This document shows positions 28,468-35,703 of a stretch of 64,000 nucleotides of DNA, one piece after another (position 1 is the stretch's first letter; each line of letters begins with the position of its first letter). The stretch is from an uncultured Lachnospiraceae bacterium. Lineage in GTDB: Bacteria; Bacillota; Clostridia; Lachnospirales; Lachnospiraceae. The DNA lies in contig CAMNQN010000001.1 in the NCBI GenBank assembly GCA_946549155.1, positions 531-64,530 of the forward strand. Reading direction: 5' to 3'. The position numbers and the translations under genes are program-made. Under the pieces are notes generated by a model. The model made no database searches. It was given only the letters and a program-made list of their open reading frames with translations, and had not been told where the DNA came from.

Positions 28468-30066
28468 ATGAAGAGAATAATTATTCGGAGCTTAAGCTTT
28501 AGTATAATTTTATTGGTTTTATTTAATATAGTTTCAGAAATATTAAAAAAACCTAAGAATTCACAGTGGGATACGAGCGGTCTCGAATATACAAACAAAT
28601 ATCCGGGGCTTTTTGATGTTGTTTTTTCTGGAACAAGTATAACGATCATGAATGTAAGTAGTGAAGAATTATATACAGAATATGGTATTGCAGCAGTTAC
28701 GCTCGGAGAACCAGAACAGCCTATGTTTTTAACATATTATACGTTGTTAGAAGCACTGAATTATCAATCACCTAAAGTTGTATTTTTAGATATTAATTCT
28801 TTATTTTATTCGGAAAGTATGCTTCGAAATAAAATCAACGATTATGAACATTATTATTTACATTTTTCGTTGGATAGCATTAGAAACCCCATAATTAAAT
28901 ATGAAGCTTTTCAGGCTGCTAAAGAGTTGAAACCAGATTTAGACATATTTAATTACTTCTCTTCAATATATTATAACCATTCCAATTGGGAAGAACTGGG
29001 CAAAACTAATTTTATTCGTAAGAGCGGAAAACAAGTGATGAATGGATATTTTATGAGTTTTACAATTGCAGAAGGCTTAGCTAAGTTACGTGACAGTATT
29101 GATATTGATTATGCTGAGAATGTAAATGAAGAGGAATTATTGGATTTCAATAAAACTTACCTCATGAAGATAGTGGAATTGTGTAAAGAAAAGAATGTAC
29201 AATTAGTTTTTTTAAGGGGAGGAGGAATTGATACAGCCTTAACCAGTGAAAAATATAATACCATAAATAAAATTGCAATAGACAACGATATTCCATTTAT
29301 TGATATGCTGCAGCATGACAAAGAAATGGGATTTGACTGGCGGTTTGATGCATCAGATGGAAATCATTTTAATATAATGGGAGCAAAAAAGTGGACAGAT
29401 TATTTGGGAGATTATTTAATAAATAATTATCGATTTGAGGATAGACGTGATGATTCGAGATATAAATTTTTAGAAGAAGAGGTGGATCGCTATCAAAATG
29501 CATTAGCGGTAATGCAAACAAAAATTGATTTACTTTCTGCTATTAACTTTGAACAGTATCTGAATGCGCTTAAAGCGGTTGATACAAGTAAAAATACTAT
29601 TTTCATTTCAGTAAGTGATGATGCTTCAAAAAATCTTTCAAAGAAAGACTGTGACAAGTTATCGGAGCTAGGACTCACATATAATTTGATGGATAAATTT
29701 AGATACAGTTATTTAGCTGTGTTGGATAACCATACATCAAGAGATCTACTGGAAGACTGTGGAGTAACCCTGGATGGTGAATTGGATAATGGAAGTAGGT
29801 ATCAACTATCAAGCGGAGGGTATTCTTCAGGAGTGCTGGCTAGCATTCGAGTTGATGGTTTGGAGTTGATACAGGGAGGGCGTGGAATTAATATTGTGGT
29901 ATACAATAAAGAATATGGAGAAGTTTTAAGCAGTGTTTATTTTGACACTTTTTTATATGAGAATCCGCCAACTATGAGAAGAATCAATGTGGACATAGTT
30001 CAGGAGCAATACGAGACAAGCGCTAATGTTTGGTCATCAGTGGACGATGTATTGGTTCAGGATTAA
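28468..30066 (+). CDS. Membrane-anchored DltD/SGNH-like acyltransferase/esterase with C-terminal ILEI/PANDER-like domain
   Basis: N-terminal TM. FSGTSITIMN (Ser block) and DASDGNHFN (D..H block). C-terminal FISVSDDASKNLSKKDCDKLSELGL and GGRGINIVVYNKEYGEVLSSVYFDT resemble FAM3/ILEI blocks. Sits 25 nt upstream of an MBOAT gene. Confidence 0.65.
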   Translation: MKRIIIRSLSFSIILLVLFNIVSEILKKPKNSQWDTSGLEYTNKYPGLFDVVFSGTSITIMNVSSEELYTEYGIAAVTLGEPEQPMFLTYYTLLEALNYQSPKVVFLDINSLFYSESMLRNKINDYEHYYLHFSLDSIRNPIIKYEAFQAAKELKPDLDIFNYFSSIYYNHSNWEELGKTNFIRKSGKQVMNGYFMSFTIAEGLAKLRDSIDIDYAENVNEEELLDFNKTYLMKIVELCKEKNVQLVFLRGGGIDTALTSEKYNTINKIAIDNDIPFIDMLQHDKEMGFDWRFDASDGNHFNIMGAKKWTDYLGDYLINNYRFEDRRDDSRYKFLEEEVDRYQNALAVMQTKIDLLSAINFEQYLNALKAVDTSKNTIFISVSDDASKNLSKKDCDKLSELGLTYNLMDKFRYSYLAVLDNHTSRDLLEDCGVTLDGELDNGSRYQLSSGGYSSGVLASIRVDGLELIQGGRGINIVVYNKEYGEVLSSVYFDTFLYENPPTMRRINVDIVQEQYETSANVWSSVDDVLVQD

Positions 30067-30091
30067 AGCTTATTGAATTTGGAGAACCCCA

Positions 30092-31669
30092 ATGACTTTT
30101 TTATCAGGAATATTTTTTGCCTTTTTATTGATTACATTTATAATATACTTTATAGTGCCTCTCAGGCTTCGCTGGATCGTACTTCTGGCGGCCAGTGTGG
30201 TTTTCTATTTGTCCTCCGGCGTACCGCAGATTTTATTTATTCTTCTGTCGTCTCTGCTGGTATACGGTGCGGCCAGATGGATAGATGTTTTATATACCAG
30301 GCAGGACCGCGAATTAAAAGAGGGGGAATTTAGCCGGGAAGAGAAAAAGGCGCGAAAGCTTTCTGACCGGAAAAAATGCAGACGTATCCTGAATGCGGCT
30401 GTACTCCTCTTGTTGCTGGTGCTTACATACTGCAAGATTGGCGGCTGGGTAATCGGAAGCCTGCGGGATGCCCTGGGCGAGGGCACGGTGGACTGGATGC
30501 AGGTGATTGTTCCGCTGGGCGTTTCATATTATACGTTTTCACTGATCTCCTACCTGGCGGATGTATATTGGAGGAAAGAGAAGGCGGAGAAGAATTATTT
30601 TAAGTTTACGCTGTTTGTAATCTATTTCCCGAAAATCTTGCAGGGACCGATTTCCAGACATAAGAATCTGGCGGCGCAGCTGACGGAGGGACATGCTTTC
30701 GAGTATAAGCGGGTCTGTTACGGACTGCAGCTTGCTCTGTGGGGATATTTTAAGAAGCTGGTGATTGCGGATCGGCTGGCTGTTTTTGTTAATCGGGTGT
30801 TTGGCAATTATATGGCATACAGCGGACTGATTTTTGTGGTTGCTACGCTGCTGGCCAGTGTACAGCTTTATGCGGATTTCTCCGGATGTATGGATATCGC
30901 CTCCGGCGTTTCCCAGATTTTCGGAATTGAGCTGGAGAAAAACTTTGACCATCCTTTCTTTGCGCGAAGTGCTGCGGAATTTTGGCGCAGATGGCATATT
31001 ACGCTGGGGACTTGGTTTAAGGACTATGTGTATATGCCGCTGGTGGTTTCCCCCAGAGTGAGCAGGATTGCCCAGAGGGTGAAAAAGATGTTTGGAGCCC
31101 GGACCGGAAAAGCGATGATGACCATCATTCCCACAGGTATTGTCTGGGTACTCACTGGTTTGTGGCATGGTACGGGATATAATTATATTGCCTGGGGACT
31201 GTACTGGGGCGGTATCATTATTTTTTCTACAGTGTTTGCTCCGGAGATTCGAAAACTGACTGCCTTTCTGCGGATTAATACAGAGACCAGCGGATGGAAG
31301 GTGTTTCAGATGGTACGCACTTTTTTGCTTTTCTCCGTTGGGCGGTTGATTACGATCCCAGGGCATTTGAGGACGACGCTGGATGTCCTGGAAAAGATCG
31401 GGGAGCAGTTTGACATCTGGATTCTCTTTGACGGATCTTTGTATAATTATGGACTGAATCAGAAAAACTTTATACTGGTGATGATTACGCTCTTTATTCT
31501 GTGGGCGGTGAGTATGCTGCAGGAGCGGGGCTGTCTGCGGGACAAAATTGCGGGACAGAATATTGTGTTCCGCTGGGCGATTTATTATATTGCTTTTTTC
31601 TCCGTGCTGATTTTTGGAATGTATGGAGCTGGATTCAATAATGCAGTGTTTGCGTATATGCAATATTAG
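30092..31669 (+). CDS. MBOAT-family membrane O-acyltransferase (DltB/AlgI/PatA-like)
   Basis: FWRRWHITLGTWFKDYVYMPL and GLWHG histidine blocks; polytopic. Confidence 0.9.
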   Translation: MTFLSGIFFAFLLITFIIYFIVPLRLRWIVLLAASVVFYLSSGVPQILFILLSSLLVYGAARWIDVLYTRQDRELKEGEFSREEKKARKLSDRKKCRRILNAAVLLLLLVLTYCKIGGWVIGSLRDALGEGTVDWMQVIVPLGVSYYTFSLISYLADVYWRKEKAEKNYFKFTLFVIYFPKILQGPISRHKNLAAQLTEGHAFEYKRVCYGLQLALWGYFKKLVIADRLAVFVNRVFGNYMAYSGLIFVVATLLASVQLYADFSGCMDIASGVSQIFGIELEKNFDHPFFARSAAEFWRRWHITLGTWFKDYVYMPLVVSPRVSRIAQRVKKMFGARTGKAMMTIIPTGIVWVLTGLWHGTGYNYIAWGLYWGGIIIFSTVFAPEIRKLTAFLRINTETSGWKVFQMVRTFLLFSVGRLITIPGHLRTTLDVLEKIGEQFDIWILFDGSLYNYGLNQKNFILVMITLFILWAVSMLQERGCLRDKIAGQNIVFRWAIYYIAFFSVLIFGMYGAGFNNAVFAYMQY

Positions 31670-31677
31670 GATACTAT

Positions 31678-31705
31678 TTCCTAAAAAAGCATTATGTGTT
31701 ATGAT
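31678..31705 (+). promoter_or_regulatory. Candidate sigma-70-type promoter for the three-gene cassette
   Basis: TTCCTA, 16-nt spacer, TGtTATGAT (extended -10), about 30 nt upstream of ATG 31735. Confidence 0.35.
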
Positions 31706-31734
31706 AATAAAATACAAAGGGTGAATATTGGTAT

Positions 31735-32184
31735 ATGCGATTAAATGAAGAATTATGTATGAAGTTCCCGGCAGTTTTGCGAGAAAAATTATTAAAAGGT
31801 GAAATTGAACTTCCGGATACTACAGAATTTGATTATAAGAAGCTGCTGACATACAGGGCCGTAGCGCGAAAAGCGGATGATAATCGAGAAGTTACCTTGG
31901 AAGATTTTAAATCTTATTTTGAGCTGAAAAAAACGCCTAAGAGTCCCAGAGGAATGCTTAAAGTCGATCTCTCGAAGGATCCTCATTATTATGGAGTATC
32001 AAGTTTTTTGAAAAAGGAAATAGTAGAACAGAAGATGAAATTTCCGAATCCCAATAAAAAAATGGCGGTAGGGTACGTATATAAAGAAGGAGGTCCTCAG
32101 GAGACAAAGACAAAAGATCAGCATGTGTGCTGGTGGCTTTATAGTAACGCAGATGTTAGCGGATTTAAGCTATGGGAGGGTTAA
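31735..32184 (+). CDS. Hypothetical protein (149 aa), first gene of low-GC cassette
   Basis: RBS AAGGGTGAATAT. No family recognised. Lys-rich and soluble. Confidence 0.6.
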   Translation: MRLNEELCMKFPAVLREKLLKGEIELPDTTEFDYKKLLTYRAVARKADDNREVTLEDFKSYFELKKTPKSPRGMLKVDLSKDPHYYGVSSFLKKEIVEQKMKFPNPNKKMAVGYVYKEGGPQETKTKDQHVCWWLYSNADVSGFKLWEG

Positions 32185-32187
32185 TGG

Positions 32188-32853
32188 ATGGAAAAAGAAC
32201 AGTGCTTTTGTATTGAAAATAATATTCTTTATTTAGAGCAGGTGTTGGTTGACTATATGGATATTCCAATATTCTTTCTGTGCAAAGATCAAAGCCAATA
32301 TTATGTTGTATTATGTACAGATATTGATGCGCTTAATTATATTATTGTGAAGGTGGCTTTGGGAGAGGTATATGGCTTACTGCATGGAAAAATTCCAATG
32401 AGGAACGTTATTTTGGAACAAAAGGAATATTGGGAAGTTATTTCCGGAGAGGAGATTTCTCTGGATACAGTAATAAGGCACGGGATAGCGTCTCTTGATA
32501 CAGCGGTTTTACCAGAGAAAGAAGCTTGTTTTAAGATATTGACGGATGAAATGAGAATATTTGTTCAGAAATTTGATAATGATTTTTTGGCTTCCGAAAA
32601 TTTTTCCAAAACTCAAAAGATAATACAAGAGGATGACAGGTGGATGATAGATGAAACAATGGAGGAGTTCAGAATTGAGCGATTTATTGTTATGGAAGAT
32701 TATACTTTTAAAATAAAATTGCAGCATGGGCGTGCCTCTACTGTGAACTATGAGGAAAAGTATGGAACGGATAGGAAGAAAGCCACAGTACTGTGTAAAT
32801 TGCAGGCATTAGAAGAATGGGAGAATGAAGATACAAATAATGCTGCTGCATAG
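32188..32853 (+). CDS. Hypothetical protein (221 aa), second gene of low-GC cassette
   Basis: Starts 3 nt after the upstream stop. RBS GAGGGTTAAT. Acidic C-terminal part. No family recognised with confidence. Confidence 0.6.
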   Translation: MEKEQCFCIENNILYLEQVLVDYMDIPIFFLCKDQSQYYVVLCTDIDALNYIIVKVALGEVYGLLHGKIPMRNVILEQKEYWEVISGEEISLDTVIRHGIASLDTAVLPEKEACFKILTDEMRIFVQKFDNDFLASENFSKTQKIIQEDDRWMIDETMEEFRIERFIVMEDYTFKIKLQHGRASTVNYEEKYGTDRKKATVLCKLQALEEWENEDTNNAAA

Positions 32854-32864
32854 AGGGTGAATAT

Positions 32865-33269
32865 ATGGAAAAAGAACAAAACGCACAGAGCGTATTACAT
32901 TTGGATAAAATCGTTTTTGATAAAATTGAGTTTAAAAGACTGGGCATCGCGTCAGATAATGAACTGGAGTTGGAAATAAAATCTAATATTGCGCAAAGAC
33001 AGGATGCGGAAGTGTACAGGGTTACGCTGATATTAATCGGAAATAAGCCAGGGGAATATGTTTTTTAAATTAGTCTTACCGGATTTTTTTCGTTTCAGCA
33101 AAATGCAGAAATTACAGAAGAGCTAAGGCATGCATTGATTACAAAAAATGCGGTTGCTATTTTAATGCCATATTTGAGGAGTGAGGTTTCTCTTTTGACG
33201 GCCCAACCGGGTATGGAATGTGTAGTTTTGCCTGCATTTAATATTAACAGAATACTGGAGAATAATTAG
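32865..33269 (+). pseudogene. SecB-like chaperone gene interrupted by an in-frame TAA (33066-33068)
   Basis: The 67-aa track ORF (LHLDKIVFDKIEFK, EVYRVTLILIG, GEYVF) continues in the SAME frame after the TAA. The continuation reads ISLTGFFSFQQNAEITEELRHALITKNAVAILMPYLRSEVSLLTAQPGMECVVLPAFNINRILENN. This aligns to E. coli SecB blocks (FQIQRIYTKDISFE, DVYEVVLRV, CEVQQAGIFSI, NILFPYARECITSMVSRG..LNLAPVNF). Confidence 0.7.
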
Positions 33270-33325
33270 TTCCTATTCGTTAATAGATAATATTTGGAAT
33301 GATTATTGTAGAGGAGAATAATATA

Positions 33326-33553
33326 ATGGAAGAAAAGGTATTAGCATTATTACAGGGAGAATTTCCTGAAGTGGATTTTTTAGCATCAGAGGAGCTGGTA
33401 GATGACGGGATTTTGGATTCCCTGACGCTGACGGGTATCATCGCGGCGCTGACGATGGAGTTTGATATCACGATTCCCTATGAGGAGATTGTGGAGGAGA
33501 ATTTTAATTCCATCGCGGGAATGGCCGCTATGGTGGAACGGCTGATGGAATAG
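33326..33553 (+). CDS. Acyl/aminoacyl carrier protein (DltC/ACP-like)
   Basis: 75 aa, acidic. ILDSLTLTGIIAAL contains the DSL phosphopantetheine-Ser motif. GAGGAG RBS before ATG 33326 (the track start 33299 is probably too long). Confidence 0.8.
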   Translation: MEEKVLALLQGEFPEVDFLASEELVDDGILDSLTLTGIIAALTMEFDITIPYEEIVEENFNSIAGMAAMVERLME

Positions 33554-33558
33554 CGAAG

Positions 33559-33586
33559 AGCTTGCGCGAAGAGCGCAGGCTTTTTG
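33559..33586 (+). terminator. Intrinsic-terminator-like hairpin between the carrier-protein and ligase genes
   Basis: AGCTTGCGC-gaaga-GCGCAGGCT: 9-bp stem with one G-U pair, followed by TTTTTG. Confidence 0.5.
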
Positions 33587-33642
33587 CAATTCTGGTGGGA
33601 TGTGCCTGACAAGGAAAAAAGCGGAAGAAGGGAAACGCAGAA

Positions 33643-35685
33643 ATGTATAGAACGATAGTGGAAGCGATATTGGAACATGGAAAAAACAGACCGGACAAGC
33701 TGGCAGTGGGCTTTAAAAAGGTCCGGATTACTTATGGGGAACTGGCAAGACAGATACAGATAATGGCTGGGCAGCTGCGGAGGGAATACGGTATTCAGAA
33801 GGGTGATTTTGTGATGATTACCGGAGTGTCAAAGCCGGAATATGTATCTGCTTATCTGGCGATTCAGTATCTGGGCGCCGTTTCGATTCCCATGGATAAG
33901 ACGGCCCGTGAGGAGACGGTACTGGATGTGTACCGCTATGTGCAGCCCAGGCTGATGCTGACGGACAGCAAAATCCAGGCGGAGGATGTCCGGCTCGTAT
34001 CTTTGAAGAGCCTGTATGGGTCGACGGCGGAGAGCGCTGTGCATGAGTCGGAGGGGCCATTGGCTTACCAGCCTCCGGAAAATGACGTGGTGGCGGAGAT
34101 TTTGTTCACAACGGGAACCACAGGAAAACCGAAGGGAACCATGCTGAGCATCGGGAATATCTATGCCAGTATGCACAATACCTGGCATGGAGTGGGCATG
34201 GAGCCGGAGGATACGGTTCTGATTCCTGTGCCGCTCTGTCATTCCCTGGGGATGCGTGTGATGCGAACCGCGTTGTATATTGGAGCCACGGTGGTGATTC
34301 AAAACGGGTTTGCCTTTGCAAAGGAACTGGAAAATAACATAGAGGCTTTTCATTGTACGGGACTGGTGAGCGTGCCTGCCTCTATGGAGGTGATTTATCG
34401 CCAGATGGGCGACCGTTTTCCGGAAATCATGGGAAAACTGCGGTATATGGAAGTGGGAGCCGGTTCCCTTGGGTTTGACATGAAAAAGAAGCTTTGCAGG
34501 GTTCTGCCGGATACCAGAATCGTGAATACCTGGGGCTCTACGGAGACCGGAGGGGCTATTTTCCTGAAGGTGTCGGAGCATCCGGAGAAGTTTGCGTCCA
34601 TTGGGAAACCCATCGACACGGTGGAACTGAAAGTGGTGGACAGCCAGGGAAGGACCGTGGCGGCCCGGGACATGGAGTCTGCCGGACGGATGGTTCTTCG
34701 CGGGGCTATGCAGATGCAGGGATATTATCATATGCCGGAGGCTACAAAAAGTACGTTGGTGGATGGCTGGCTTTATACGAATGATATGGTTTATACGGAT
34801 GAAGACGGTTATGTGTATATGCTGGGACGGGCGGATGACATCATTAATGTGGGAGGCGAAAAGGTGTCGCCCATTGAGGTGGAAAATATTGCCCAGGAAT
34901 TCGAGGGGATTCGGGAATGCGCCTGCGTCGGCGTGGCGGATCCGGAGGGTATTTTGGGACAGATTCCGGTGCTTTATGTGGTGCCGGAGGATGGTCGGTT
35001 TGAGCAGGACGAGCTGGTCCGGTATCTGGCAAGCAGGCTGGAGAAATATAAGCTGCCGCAGAGGTATGTGGTGATCGGGGAGCTCCCCAGAAATCGTATG
35101 AAAAAGCTGGATCGGAAGGCGCTTTTGCGGATGTGGCAGGAGACGGGAGATAGTCCATTGATGAATGAGGTGGTTCGTAATATTTTAAGCCGGAGAAGTG
35201 TCAGGGACTTTACGGAAAAGGAGATTCCCAGGGCAAATCTGGAAATGATTCTGCAGTGCGGGCTTTATGCCCCCAGCGGACATAATATGCAGACCTGGAA
35301 ATTTACGGTGATACAGGATGCGTCAAAGATTGAGAAATTCAAGGAAATCGTAGGGAAGGCAGCGAAGGAGAACAAGGTGTATTTTTACGGATTGAATAAT
35401 CCCAATGCGCTGATCCTGATTTCCAATGATAGAAGAAATGCAAATAGTATACAGGACAGCGCCTGCGCGGCGGAGAATGTGATGCTGGCGGCGAATTCCT
35501 ACGGGATAGGTTCTGTGTGGATTAACGCGCTTCACACGATCTGCGATGTGCCCGAGATCCGGGCGCTGCTTCAGGCCTATGGAATACCGGATACGCATAT
35601 TGTGTGGGCAACGATTGCCATGGGATATCCGGAAAAACCGGGTAAGCTGCTGGCAAAGAAGCAGACAGTGATCCATTGGGTTTAA
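33643..35685 (+). CDS. ANL-superfamily adenylating enzyme (AMP-dependent ligase) fused to a C-terminal nitroreductase-fold domain
   Basis: FTTGTTGKPKGTML, NTWGSTETGG, YTNDMVYTDEDGYVYMLGRADDIINVGGEKVSPIEVE, KKLDRK. From about aa 500: ILSRRSVRDFTEKEIP and APSGHNMQTWKFTVIQD (nitroreductase family). Single 680-codon frame. Confidence 0.85.
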   Translation: MYRTIVEAILEHGKNRPDKLAVGFKKVRITYGELARQIQIMAGQLRREYGIQKGDFVMITGVSKPEYVSAYLAIQYLGAVSIPMDKTAREETVLDVYRYVQPRLMLTDSKIQAEDVRLVSLKSLYGSTAESAVHESEGPLAYQPPENDVVAEILFTTGTTGKPKGTMLSIGNIYASMHNTWHGVGMEPEDTVLIPVPLCHSLGMRVMRTALYIGATVVIQNGFAFAKELENNIEAFHCTGLVSVPASMEVIYRQMGDRFPEIMGKLRYMEVGAGSLGFDMKKKLCRVLPDTRIVNTWGSTETGGAIFLKVSEHPEKFASIGKPIDTVELKVVDSQGRTVAARDMESAGRMVLRGAMQMQGYYHMPEATKSTLVDGWLYTNDMVYTDEDGYVYMLGRADDIINVGGEKVSPIEVENIAQEFEGIRECACVGVADPEGILGQIPVLYVVPEDGRFEQDELVRYLASRLEKYKLPQRYVVIGELPRNRMKKLDRKALLRMWQETGDSPLMNEVVRNILSRRSVRDFTEKEIPRANLEMILQCGLYAPSGHNMQTWKFTVIQDASKIEKFKEIVGKAAKENKVYFYGLNNPNALILISNDRRNANSIQDSACAAENVMLAANSYGIGSVWINALHTICDVPEIRALLQAYGIPDTHIVWATIAMGYPEKPGKLLAKKQTVIHWV

Positions 35686-35703
35686 TTACTGAAAGGACGG
35701 ATA

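Noticed and set aside
30539-31717. 392-aa ORF on the minus strand
   Set aside because: It is entirely antisense to the well-supported MBOAT gene. The translation is low-complexity (rich in H, P, R, S, Q), with no RBS and no recognisable motif. This is a typical shadow ORF in GC-richer coding DNA.
33829-34731. 300-aa minus-strand ORF (plus several 70-105-aa ORFs) inside the ligase gene
   Set aside because: It is antisense or off-frame to an ANL enzyme with a complete motif set. The translations are Arg/His/Pro-rich.
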